This document shows, piece after piece, positions 17,768-27,100 of a DNA stretch of 64,000 nucleotides. Made by a program: the position numbers and the translations under genes. The DNA is from Polyangiaceae bacterium. GTDB lineage: Bacteria > Myxococcota_A > Polyangia > Polyangiales > Polyangiaceae. Below the pieces are notes generated by a model that was not told where the DNA came from, did no database searches, and worked only from the letters and a program-made list of their open reading frames with translations. Position 1 is the stretch's first letter, and the number at the start of each line of letters is the position of its first letter. Location: assembly GCA_044376115.1 (NCBI GenBank), contig JBILLK010000007.1, positions 325,743-389,742 on the forward strand, given 5' to 3'.

Positions 17768-19123
17768 ATGCACCCCCGCTCATTTGCTCCCGGAATCCTT
17801 GGCGCGCTCGCCAGCGCGGCAGGCGCGACCTTCGCTGCGCTCTCCACCCATGACTACGCGAGCCACCTCGATCGGCAGCTCCACGGTACGCATTGTTCCT
17901 TCATCCCTGGCCTGGCCGAGGCCAGCGCGGACAACGCCTGCACCAAGGCGATGTACAGCCCTTATTCGGCGGTGTTGAAGGAGGTGTTCTGGGGCGGCAT
18001 TCCGATCAGTCTGTTCGGCCTTGGGGCGTTCCTGTTCTTTTTCGCCTTCAGCCTTTACCTCCTGCTGGCGAGGGAAGCGGCGTCCAAGCGCTTTCGTCTC
18101 GGGTACCTGTTGTGCACGATCGGCCCGGTACTCGCCTCGGTGCTAATGCTGGTGATCAGCCTCACCAAGCTCGGGGACGTGTGCAAGCTCTGCGTCGGTA
18201 TCTACGTCTCGAGCTTCGCGCTCTTCGGCGCGGGCATCCTCGGGATGATTGGCGCGCAGAAGTCGTTCGGCGTCGTGGGCGCCATCCCGGGGCAGCCGCC
18301 GCCGGCACCTCCTCGCACCGTGGATGCTGACGCAACGCAAGCGGACCCGCAGCCTTGGCACCAAGCGGCCAAGGCGGATCCACGCAGCGTGTTACGTGGC
18401 GTCGACGAGAAGTCGCGCGCGGTCGAACCGCCGAAAGGCAGCGTGCTCGCTTTGCTCGGGTTGCCCGCCTTGCTCGGCCTCTCGTGTGCGCTGCCGGGAG
18501 GCGTCTATGCGGCCTCGTTGCCCGACTACAAGCCCATCATCAAGAGCTGCGGCAGCCTGACGACGCTGACCGAGAAGCACGATGCTCTCGTCAAACTCCC
18601 CACCAAGAAGCCGGTGCAACCCGCGTTATTCTTTGAAGACCCGCTATGCCCCACCTGCAAAGCCTTCCATGAACGTTTGGTCGAGGACGGCGTTTACGAG
18701 CAGCTGGACGTAACGGTGGCCATCTTCCCTCTGGATAGCGAGTGCAACTGGCTCTTGTCGCGGCCCATGCACCCCGGCGCCTGTGTTTTGGCGCGCGCCT
18801 TTCTCTGTGGAGACAAAGCCGGCAATGCCCGCGAGATCCTCGAGTGGTCTTATGAGAACCAGGAGGAGCTCAGCGCCCTCGGAAAGTCTGGCGTGGACAA
18901 GGTAAGGGCCAAGGTCGTCGGGCGCTTCGGCACTGTCGAGAGCTGCATTGACTCGGCTGAAACCAAGAAGCGGCTCGACCATGTGCTCCACTTCGCAGTG
19001 GCCAACAAGCTGCGGATCTCCACTCCTCAGCTGTTCCTCGGTGAGCAACGCATGTGTGATGAAGACACGGATCTCGGGTTGACCTACGCGCTTACGTTGT
19101 TGGCCCCCAAGGTGAAGCCATGA
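17768..19123 (+). CDS. VKOR domain fused to DsbA/thioredoxin-like domain
   Basis: VKOR loop CSF..ACTK..YS, GIP, CKLC in the TM region. Thioredoxin fold with FEDPLCPTC, FPLD.ECN and STP cis-Pro. Confidence 0.88.
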   Translation: MHPRSFAPGILGALASAAGATFAALSTHDYASHLDRQLHGTHCSFIPGLAEASADNACTKAMYSPYSAVLKEVFWGGIPISLFGLGAFLFFFAFSLYLLLAREAASKRFRLGYLLCTIGPVLASVLMLVISLTKLGDVCKLCVGIYVSSFALFGAGILGMIGAQKSFGVVGAIPGQPPPAPPRTVDADATQADPQPWHQAAKADPRSVLRGVDEKSRAVEPPKGSVLALLGLPALLGLSCALPGGVYAASLPDYKPIIKSCGSLTTLTEKHDALVKLPTKKPVQPALFFEDPLCPTCKAFHERLVEDGVYEQLDVTVAIFPLDSECNWLLSRPMHPGACVLARAFLCGDKAGNAREILEWSYENQEELSALGKSGVDKVRAKVVGRFGTVESCIDSAETKKRLDHVLHFAVANKLRISTPQLFLGEQRMCDEDTDLGLTYALTLLAPKVKP

Positions 19124-19833
19124 AAATGCCGGCGCTCGTTTCCGGATTGGTGTTTGTCGCTGTTTCGCTTGGTGGTGCCATCTACGTCGAGCAGCAGGTT
19201 GCCGCTTCCAAGGAGCTCCTACTCCATCCCGAGAAGGCGAAGGAGGAGGTCGCCAAAGCGCAGGTGGCGGTGGCCGACCACACCGACGCTGAGTACTGCA
19301 CGCCCAAGTTCCGTGAGGTTCTTTCGCGCGTGGTGGACGCTTGTGGGCTCTCCGGTCAAGACGCACGGCGCGGCTGTGAACCGGTGGACGTGAAGAGCTT
19401 CGCCAGCATTTCCGACACCGACTTCAACGCTCTGTTCGACCCGTTGGAGAGTCGCGGGGGGATCCTGATGTTCGATGACAACTCGGACAAGCTGGATCCA
19501 GCAGCCAAGAAGCTGCTGCTACAAAAATGGGAGGAACGCAAAGGTGCGCGCTACTTCTTCATCGTGGCGCGGGCGTCGAAGAAGGGCGGGGCGGAGTACA
19601 ACCGCCAGCTCTCGCAGCGCCGCGCCAACAGCGTGATGTTCGCGCTCGAAGAGGTAGCCGAGAAGGGCGACGAGCTCAGCTCGATGGTGGGCATGTTGTG
19701 GCTCGGCAGTGAGTACGCTCAGCTGCCGAAAGACTACTGCGGCTCGTGGAAGCACTCGCGGCCCGACAAGCCCTGCAATGAAGAGGCGATCAACCGCAGC
19801 GCCTTCATCTCTTGGGTCGACTGTCGGCTGTGA
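19120..19833 (+). CDS. Membrane-anchored OmpA-like (peptidoglycan-binding) domain protein
   Basis: N-terminal TM, FDDNSDKL, YNRQLSQRRANSV, AINR; six Cys. Confidence 0.72.
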   Translation: MKMPALVSGLVFVAVSLGGAIYVEQQVAASKELLLHPEKAKEEVAKAQVAVADHTDAEYCTPKFREVLSRVVDACGLSGQDARRGCEPVDVKSFASISDTDFNALFDPLESRGGILMFDDNSDKLDPAAKKLLLQKWEERKGARYFFIVARASKKGGAEYNRQLSQRRANSVMFALEEVAEKGDELSSMVGMLWLGSEYAQLPKDYCGSWKHSRPDKPCNEEAINRSAFISWVDCRL

Positions 19834-19846
19834 GGCACGTTCGCGC

Positions 19847-21430
19847 ATGACCACGCGACGCGAGGTGCTGCTGTGCACCGCAGCTGGCCTGGTCGCAGCG
19901 TCGGGGGGCTTTGCGAACCCATCGGCGGCACGTATCGGAGCGGCCTCTGACTTCGGCCATTTGCTGCGGGACCCAGCGCGCTTGGCAGCGTTGCCTCGGC
20001 GCAATGTCGGGCGCGCTGACGTGGTGGTGCTCGGTGGGGGCGTCAGCGGTTTATCGGCGGCCTGGCGTCTGTCGCAGAGCTCGCTCGATGTCCGGCTGTT
20101 GGATCTCGAGGGCTCGCTCGGTGGCACGAGCACGTTTAGCGAAGACGGTGTTGTGCCGCATCCGTGGGGGGCGCACTACCTACCGGTTCCCAACCCCGAA
20201 GCGCGCGCAACCTTGCGGCTGCTTTCGGAGATGGGCGTGATCACCGGCTTCGATGCGCTCGGCCAACCGAAGCTCGACTCGCGCAGGTTGGTGCACGCGC
20301 CCGATGAGCGCATCTTCTACAAAGGCGCTTGGCACCCTGGGCTGATTCCGTTCGATGCTCTCACCGGTCAGGAGCTCCGCGAGCTCGATACGTTCTTGCG
20401 TTTGGCGCAAGTTGCAACCGCAGAGCGCGGCAAGGACGGGAGGCCGATCTACAACATCCCGCTGAGCCTCTCCTCGGCGGACTCAGCGTCGCTCGAGTTG
20501 GACGCTTGGTCGATGGCCGACTGGCTCTCCGCCCAAGGTCTCAACTCACCGTTCTTGCGCTGGTTCGTGCGCTACGCAACGCTCGACGACTTCGGCGCAG
20601 ATCCCGAAGAGACCTCGGCTTGGGCTGGCCTTCACTACTTTGCTGCGCGCAAACACCGCAGTGAGGAGACGGCCGGGAGTCACTATCTGGTGTGGCCCGA
20701 GGGCAATGGTGCTTTGGTCAAGGCGCTGCAGGCGAGGCTATCGGCGCGCGTTGAAACGAGCTGTCTCGGCGTTTCGGTTCGCTCGAGCAAGGACGGTGTG
20801 ACTGTTGGTTATCTCAAGCCTGGCGCGCAGGAAGTGTTTGAGGTCTCGGCGCGAGGAGTCGTCCTTGCCGTACCATCCTTCATCGCGCAGCGGTTGATCG
20901 ATGCGTCGTTGCCTGCGCGCGTAAGCTCGCCGTGGTTGGTGGCGAACCTTCACGTTCGGCGTCCGCTCGCGCAGAGTGAAGCGTGGGATTCGGTGATCCA
21001 CGGTGCCAGTGGCCTTGGCTACGTGGATGCATCGCACCAACTGACTGCGCCAACGGAGCGAACGGTGCTTACGTATTTTCGCGCGTACGGTGAAGCGGAC
21101 GTCGCCCGGGTTCGCGCCGAGCTTTTAGCTGCTGGAAGCTATGACTTGGCCACCTCGGTGCTGGAGGATCTGCGCATTGCGCAGCCTCAAATCGGAAGCG
21201 ATCTCGAGCGCATCGAACTCGTGGTTTGGGGCCATGCGATGCCGCGCCCGTCACCGGGCTTTCTCGCTTCGGCGTTGCGGCCACAGGTGCTGCTAGGCGA
21301 GCGAGTGACATGGGGCCACGTCGATCAAGCTGCGATGGGCCTGTTTGAAGAGGCGCAGTTTGCCGGCGTGCGCGCCGCGGAGGCGCTTGCGCGCGCGTTG
21401 CAGGTTGAGCTCGGCGAGAGCTGGCTGTAA
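19847..21430 (+). CDS. Tat-exported FAD-dependent oxidoreductase (amine oxidase-like)
   Basis: Twin-arginine signal MTTRREVLL, GGGVSG dinucleotide fold, GAHYLP, WAGLHYFA, WGHAM, FEEA. Confidence 0.85.
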   Translation: MTTRREVLLCTAAGLVAASGGFANPSAARIGAASDFGHLLRDPARLAALPRRNVGRADVVVLGGGVSGLSAAWRLSQSSLDVRLLDLEGSLGGTSTFSEDGVVPHPWGAHYLPVPNPEARATLRLLSEMGVITGFDALGQPKLDSRRLVHAPDERIFYKGAWHPGLIPFDALTGQELRELDTFLRLAQVATAERGKDGRPIYNIPLSLSSADSASLELDAWSMADWLSAQGLNSPFLRWFVRYATLDDFGADPEETSAWAGLHYFAARKHRSEETAGSHYLVWPEGNGALVKALQARLSARVETSCLGVSVRSSKDGVTVGYLKPGAQEVFEVSARGVVLAVPSFIAQRLIDASLPARVSSPWLVANLHVRRPLAQSEAWDSVIHGASGLGYVDASHQLTAPTERTVLTYFRAYGEADVARVRAELLAAGSYDLATSVLEDLRIAQPQIGSDLERIELVVWGHAMPRPSPGFLASALRPQVLLGERVTWGHVDQAAMGLFEEAQFAGVRAAEALARALQVELGESWL

Positions 21431-21548
21431 CTCCCGAGTACGTCGCTCAGGGTTGCGCGTTAGCTTGAGAAGCGGTCTCCGTTTGAGACGGTTGAATCAC
21501 GCAGCAGCCGCATGACAGACGCATGATCCATCGACGTGGACGAGTCAT

Positions 21549-21650
21549 GCACTCCGTAGACCTCCGGAGACTCCGTTCGTTCACTCCGGTTCACTCTGTG
21601 CAAGGCACTCCGTAAACCTACCTGGACAAAGTCTACAACGTGGACTCTGT
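21549..21650. repeat. Array of (A)CTCYG short direct repeats in the che operon upstream region
   Basis: CTCCG/CTCTG at 21552, 21562, 21571, 21584, 21594, 21608 and 21645. The 15-mer GCACTCCGTARACCT occurs at 21549 and 21605. Confidence 0.6.
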
Positions 21651-21988
21651 CCAGCCTGGCTATGAACAGATCGACTCGGGCCCTCCTCGTGAAAGACGAC
21701 CGAAGCCCGCCTTGGCCCTTGAACATGGCGAGTCATCGACCACGTGCCGCACTCGACTAGCCATCGCTGGCTTCGGTTGCAGCGCCTGCATCGAAGTTCG
21801 CTGCAAACTCGAGTCGCGTTGCCCAAGGTTCGTCTCGCGATGAGATACGTGATGCGCTCCGTTCTTTGAACTGGGCCGCAGCGGCCCGAACGGCGCAGGG
21901 CATTGAGACCACTGCTGAAAGTGGAGTGAGTCTGCGGCGCGGTTGGCGGCAGCACTGCATGGTACGCCGTCTGCAAGTAAGCGCATCA

Positions 21989-22849
21989 ATGCCGTCAGCT
22001 ACAACGTTTGCGACACTCAAGCTGTTCATGTTCGAGAAGGCGGCGAACGTGCTCAAGGAAGACCAGGTCTATCTGCTACCCGCGCGGCTCGATCCGCTGA
22101 TGAAGCAGTACGGGTACGACTCGATGGAGCGCATGGTGGCCGACGCTTACCACGGCAAAAACTTGGCGCTCGGCCGCGCGATCGTTGACGCCATGACGAC
22201 GCATGAGACCCAGTTCTTCCGCGATGCGAAGTTCTGGACGGAGCTGTCGCAAAACATCTTGCCCACCGCGATCGGTAAGTTCTCGGGCAAACGAGGGCTT
22301 CGCATCTGGTCCGCTGGATGCTCCACGGGGCAAGAGGCGTACTCGCTCTCGATGTTGCTGGAGGAGCGCTTCCCGCAAGTCGCCGCCAAGACGCAGATCT
22401 ACGCGAGCGACGTGTCCGAGGCTGCTGTGGCGACGGCTCGCCAAGGGCTCTATTCGATGCATGAGGCGGCGCGCGGGATCGATACCTCGCGCATGGCGCG
22501 TCACTTTGATCGAGTAAGCACTGGGGTGCGGGTCAAGGATTCGATCCGCTCCCGCCTTCGCTTCTCGGTGCACAACCTCAAGGAGCCGAGCCCGTTCTCC
22601 GACATGGATCTCGTGCTCTGTCGCAACGTGCTCATCTATTTCAACGAGATCGATCGTCGCAAGATCGTGGAACGTTTGACGCAGGCCGCGTGTCCCGAAG
22701 GCCTGCTCGTGCTGGGTAGCACCGAGTCTCTACCTGGAACGATCAAACCGATTTTCCCGGGCTGTTATGAACGACGCACGCTGCAGAGCTCAGCGAAGTC
22801 GGGCGTCGGAGCCGTTGAGTTACGAGCAACAAGCAGAAAGGCCGTATGA
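21989..22849 (+). CDS. cheR: Chemotaxis protein methyltransferase CheR
   Basis: MTTHETQFFRD, RIWSAGCSTGQEAYS, ASD, HNL, LCRNVLIYF. Confidence 0.95.
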   Translation: MPSATTFATLKLFMFEKAANVLKEDQVYLLPARLDPLMKQYGYDSMERMVADAYHGKNLALGRAIVDAMTTHETQFFRDAKFWTELSQNILPTAIGKFSGKRGLRIWSAGCSTGQEAYSLSMLLEERFPQVAAKTQIYASDVSEAAVATARQGLYSMHEAARGIDTSRMARHFDRVSTGVRVKDSIRSRLRFSVHNLKEPSPFSDMDLVLCRNVLIYFNEIDRRKIVERLTQAACPEGLLVLGSTESLPGTIKPIFPGCYERRTLQSSAKSGVGAVELRATSRKAV

Positions 22850-25254
22850 ACGACGAACTGGCAGAACTGCGCGGCGAGTTCCTCCTCGAGAGCGCGGAAA
22901 ACCTCGACAAGGCTGAGCAGTCGCTTCTGGCGCTCGAGCGTGATGCCACCGATAAGTCACACATCGGGACGATCTTTCGGGCGATCCATACCATCAAGGG
23001 CACCTGTGGCTTCTTGGGTCTGGGCTCGCTCGAGCGGCTGACTCACATCGGTGAGAGCTTGCTTTCGGAGTTGCGCGACGGCAAAGCCAGCTACACGCCG
23101 CCGGTGCCTGATGTGCTGCTCGGCTTGATCGATCGGGTGCGCAAGATCTTGGCGCAGGTCGAGGCCACCACCTCGGACGAGGGCATCGACAACCAAGACA
23201 TGCTGGCTCGGATCGCCGACGCCCTTCTCATTGCGAAGGGTCAGTTGGTAGTGCCGCAGGCGGCTGATGCACAGCAACCCGCCTCAGATGCTGACGGCGA
23301 TAAGCCCGCTCGCAAAGGCAAGGGCAAGGGGCGAACGAAGGCAAAGCCCAAGGTCGAACTGCCGGCGCCGTCGCGTCGTCCGACCGATGTCGGGCTAGCC
23401 AAGCCCTTGTTCTCGATGCCACCCATCGCTATCGGCGCACCCGCCCTCCCGCAGTTCGTGGAGCCGGCTGTTACGCCCGGCCCCGCTGCTGCTCCCCCGC
23501 CTGGTCCGGCTCCCGCCCCCGCCGCTGCGAAGGCTTCACCGGAGGAGCGCACCACTGGGGCTGAGCGCAAGACCATTCGAGTCGACGTGGAGCTGCTCGA
23601 TCAGCTGATGACGCTGGTCGGAGAGCTGGTGCTCGCGCGCAACCGGCTACTCGAGCTGATCTCCAATGAACGGCGCACCACCCTCGCGGGTACCTCGCAG
23701 CGCATCGACCACATCGTCACGCAGCTGCAGCAGAACGTGACCCGTACGCGGATGCAGCCGATCAATCAGCTCTGGAATCGAGTCCCGCGCGCCGCACGAG
23801 ACGTCGCCCAGCAATGTCAAAAGAAGGTTCGCGTCGAGCTGCTGGGCGGCGACACCGAACTCGACAAGACGGTGATCGAGGCGATCAGCGAGCCTCTCTC
23901 CCACCTCATTCGCAACTGCATCGATCATGGCGTGGAAAAGCCCGAACGACGTATCGAGGTGGGTAAGCCTGCCGAAGGCGTGCTGTGTCTACGCGCCTTC
24001 CACGACAACGGTCAGGTGATGCTCGAGATCAGCGACGACGGTGGAGGCATCGACGCCAATCGTTTGCGCACCAAGGCGCTCGAGAAGGGCATGTTCCCCA
24101 AAGACGTGCTCGATGAGATGAGTGATCGCGATGCGGTGAACCTGATCTTTGCTCCCGGGTTCTCCACCGCCGAGGCTGTCAGCAATATCTCCGGTCGCGG
24201 CGTCGGAATGGACGTCGTGCGTTCCAACATCGACCGCCTAGGCGGGGCCATCGATGTGGTCACGCAACTTGGCTTGGGCACCACCTTTCGCATTCGCATA
24301 CCGCTGACACTGGCGATCGCACCAGCCATCATCGTGGCCTCGGGCAACCAGCGTTTTGCCATCCCGCAGATGGGCGTGCAGGAGATCATCCGCGTGGGGC
24401 GCGATAAGGAGGGCAAGCTTCTCGGTGTCGAGGAGTTGCAAGGCGCGGCGGTCCTACGTCGTCGCGGCGCGCTGTTGCCATTGGTTTGGCTGGACACTGA
24501 ACTGGCGCTCGAGGGCACCAAAGACCGTCACGTCGTGCACGTGGTCACCCTCCGGGTCGAGAACACCGACTGGGGCATCGTGGTGGATGAGATCACCAAC
24601 TCAGAGGAGATCGTGGTCAAGCCCCTTGGGCCGCTCTTGGCGGGGCTCTCGATCTTCTCGGGTACGACCATTCTCGGGGACGGCGACGTAGCGCTCATTC
24701 TCGATGCGGTCAGTCTCGCCATGCGGGCCGGCATTGGCAGAACGGCGACCGCCGTACGCGAGGCCAAGTCCGTTGAACTCGGAGCCTCCTGGTCCAATAG
24801 CAATAGCTTCGTGTTGGCTGCGACGTGGGAGGGCGCGCGCATCGCCGTGCCCTTCGAGCAAGTCGACCGACTCGAAAAGATTCCATCGCAGGCCATCGAA
24901 CGCACGGCCCAAGGCATGGTGCTGCAGTACCGCGGCGCGGTGCTGCCCGTCTCGCTGCTCGGGGCGAGTGGCATTCACGAGCTACCCGACCTCGGCGAGG
25001 AGACCAAGCGCATCCCGCTGATCGTCTACGGCAAGGGCTCGCGACAGATCGGTCTGGTGATCGAAGAGATCGTCGATGTGGTGAACGTCGAGTTTGCGGA
25101 GGGTCGTGGCCAATCCGTGGTGGACGGTCGCGTGACCGACATCGTGGATCTCGACGCGATCGTAAGACGAGCCGGGCTCTTGCCCGATGCACCTGAACCC
25201 AACCGTGGAGAAGCCCAGTGGAACGTCGACAACGCTATTGCACCTTCTATGTAG
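22846..25254 (+). CDS. cheA: Chemotaxis histidine kinase CheA (HPt, dimerisation, HATPase, two CheW domains)
   Basis: IFRAIHTIKG, TIRVDVELLDQLM, HLIRNCIDHG, DDGGG, GFSTA..SGRGVGMDVV; two CheW-like segments at the C-terminus. Confidence 0.96.
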   Translation: MNDELAELRGEFLLESAENLDKAEQSLLALERDATDKSHIGTIFRAIHTIKGTCGFLGLGSLERLTHIGESLLSELRDGKASYTPPVPDVLLGLIDRVRKILAQVEATTSDEGIDNQDMLARIADALLIAKGQLVVPQAADAQQPASDADGDKPARKGKGKGRTKAKPKVELPAPSRRPTDVGLAKPLFSMPPIAIGAPALPQFVEPAVTPGPAAAPPPGPAPAPAAAKASPEERTTGAERKTIRVDVELLDQLMTLVGELVLARNRLLELISNERRTTLAGTSQRIDHIVTQLQQNVTRTRMQPINQLWNRVPRAARDVAQQCQKKVRVELLGGDTELDKTVIEAISEPLSHLIRNCIDHGVEKPERRIEVGKPAEGVLCLRAFHDNGQVMLEISDDGGGIDANRLRTKALEKGMFPKDVLDEMSDRDAVNLIFAPGFSTAEAVSNISGRGVGMDVVRSNIDRLGGAIDVVTQLGLGTTFRIRIPLTLAIAPAIIVASGNQRFAIPQMGVQEIIRVGRDKEGKLLGVEELQGAAVLRRRGALLPLVWLDTELALEGTKDRHVVHVVTLRVENTDWGIVVDEITNSEEIVVKPLGPLLAGLSIFSGTTILGDGDVALILDAVSLAMRAGIGRTATAVREAKSVELGASWSNSNSFVLAATWEGARIAVPFEQVDRLEKIPSQAIERTAQGMVLQYRGAVLPVSLLGASGIHELPDLGEETKRIPLIVYGKGSRQIGLVIEEIVDVVNVEFAEGRGQSVVDGRVTDIVDLDAIVRRAGLLPDAPEPNRGEAQWNVDNAIAPSM

Positions 25255-25685
25255 CCGGTGAGCTGTTCGGGCTTCCGGTGGCGCGGGTACAGGAGCTACT
25301 CCGCGCCCAAAAGACGACGATCGTTCCGCTCGCTCCAGGCTGGATACACGGCCTGCTCAACCTGCGCGGTCAGGTGGTTGCCGTAATCGATCTGCGCAAT
25401 CGCTTCGGCTTGCCTCCCCTGACTGGCGGTGGCGTCGCGATGTTTGTGGTGGTTCACGTCAAAGGTGAGCTGGTGGCGCTTTTGGCGGACAACGTCGGTG
25501 ACGTTATCGATGTCAATGACACTGCCTTTGAGCCGCTGCCCTGCACGTTGCGGGCGAACCGCACGCTGTTCGAGCGCAGCTGCAAACTCGAATCGCGACT
25601 CATGACCATCCTGAACCTCGAGCAGATCGCCGTGTCTTCCGAGCTGCCAGGCGGAGACAGCGCCTTCCAGATGGGGGCCGAGTGA
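25218..25685 (+). CDS. cheW: Chemotaxis scaffold CheW
   Basis: YCTFYVAGELFGL, VPLAP..GLLNLRGQVVAVIDLR, LLADNVGDV. Confidence 0.94.
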   Translation: MERRQRYCTFYVAGELFGLPVARVQELLRAQKTTIVPLAPGWIHGLLNLRGQVVAVIDLRNRFGLPPLTGGGVAMFVVVHVKGELVALLADNVGDVIDVNDTAFEPLPCTLRANRTLFERSCKLESRLMTILNLEQIAVSSELPGGDSAFQMGAE

Positions 25686-27100
25686 TCGCAGCTCCTGCCG
25701 CTAAGTCGATGCGACCCATCGACATAATCTTCGTCGATGACTCGGTCGCGGTACGTCGGTTCCTGCAGGCGACGATCAGCCAAGACAAGGAATTTCGGAT
25801 CGTCTGCACCTTCACCAACGGCAAACAGATCGTTGACTACCTCCGCACCAACGCTGCGCCCGACGTGCTCGTGCTCGACGTCGAGATGCCCGAACTCGAC
25901 GGTCGAGGGGCTGTCTCCGCAATCCGCGAGTTGGGCTGCAAGGTCCCGATCATCATGTTCTCCACGCTGACCAAACGCGGGCGGGCAACCACGCTCGAGT
26001 GCATCGGCTCCGGTGCAAACGACTATGTGGCCAAGCCTTCGACTGGAGATGGCAATACCAAGTGGAGTGACATGGGGGCGGACCTGCTGAAGAAGCTGCG
26101 CAGCTACGGGCGTGCGCAGCAGCAGCGCAACGGCGCAACGGCGCCGCGCTCGCGCGCTCCTGCCGAGGCTCGAACGATGATGCCAGCGGGTCGTGGAGAT
26201 GGCCGTTCCGGCATTCCTTCCTCGGGGCGCGGTCCGACGCCGGTGGCGGGAATCGCGCCCGGCATGGCGAGCCGAACGATCACACCCACGCAGGGCGCGC
26301 TGCCAAAGCTCGGCGGACTACGTGCACCAGCGGTTCCACGCGAGCTCTTGGCCAAGCCGGTTGGGCCGGTTCTTACGGCGTCGAGCTCGGCGGCCCTTCC
26401 GGCCGTTGCGGGGAACGCTCGTAGCCCCGCCCGAACGGCCGTGCGAAACGCTCAGGGGCGCCCGCTGATTCGTCCCGATGTCGTGTTGGTCGCCTCATCG
26501 ATGGGGGGGCCTGACGCACTACCGGTGTTCTTCTCTCCCATCAGCCAATCGGCCGTGCCGATTTGTGTCGTTCAACATATGCCGGCTAGTTTGACCGAGG
26601 CACTCAAGACGCGAATCGAGCGTGCCTGCGGTCTGCCCGTGCGGATCGCTGAGCACAACGCGGTGGCACGACCCGGGGAGATCACGATTTGTCCCGGGTG
26701 GAAGCATCTGATGGTTCGACGCGACGGTGCACAGATTGTGTGCCTGGTGGATGACGCGCCGCCGGTGGCCGGGGCGAAGCCAGCTGCCGATCGATTGTTC
26801 GCGAGCGCCGCACAAACGTTTGGCCCGCGCGCGCTGGCCATCGTGTTGACCGGCATGGGCTCGGACGGACTCGCGGGGGCGCGCCAGCTGGTAGAGGCCG
26901 GGTCGGAAGTCATTGTTCAAGATCAGAAGTCGAGCGCGGCGTGGGGAATGCCGGGCGGGATCGCGGGCGCAGGGCTCGCAGCGGCCGTTCTGCCGCTGAA
27001 CGGGCTGGCGGAGGAGCTTCGAGTGAGGCTCTCAGCGATTCCAGGCCGTGAAGAAGGTGCCAAAGGGTGGAGGGAAGCATGTCGGGTGGAAAGAGCATGA
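25682..27100 (+). CDS. cheB: CheB response regulator/methylesterase with long Pro/Ala-rich linker
   Basis: Receiver domain VDDS, LDVEMP, KP. Esterase motifs ASSMGG, VQHMP, LTGMGSDG, WGMP. Confidence 0.93.
   Translation: MIAAPAAKSMRPIDIIFVDDSVAVRRFLQATISQDKEFRIVCTFTNGKQIVDYLRTNAAPDVLVLDVEMPELDGRGAVSAIRELGCKVPIIMFSTLTKRGRATTLECIGSGANDYVAKPSTGDGNTKWSDMGADLLKKLRSYGRAQQQRNGATAPRSRAPAEARTMMPAGRGDGRSGIPSSGRGPTPVAGIAPGMASRTITPTQGALPKLGGLRAPAVPRELLAKPVGPVLTASSSAALPAVAGNARSPARTAVRNAQGRPLIRPDVVLVASSMGGPDALPVFFSPISQSAVPICVVQHMPASLTEALKTRIERACGLPVRIAEHNAVARPGEITICPGWKHLMVRRDGAQIVCLVDDAPPVAGAKPAADRLFASAAQTFGPRALAIVLTGMGSDGLAGARQLVEAGSEVIVQDQKSSAAWGMPGGIAGAGLAAAVLPLNGLAEELRVRLSAIPGREEGAKGWREACRVERA

Noticed and set aside
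21613..21638. TAAA-N14-GTCTACAA as a sigma28 promoter for the che operon
   Set aside because: Poor match to TAAA-N15-GCCGATAA in both spacing and -10 sequence.
21549..21650. Repeat array as a CRISPR
   Set aside because: Repeats are 5-15 bp with irregular short spacing, and there are no cas genes.
21640..21843. 67-aa ORF with CSAC..C..C
   Set aside because: No RBS and no recognisable family; cannot be supported as a gene, though not excluded.
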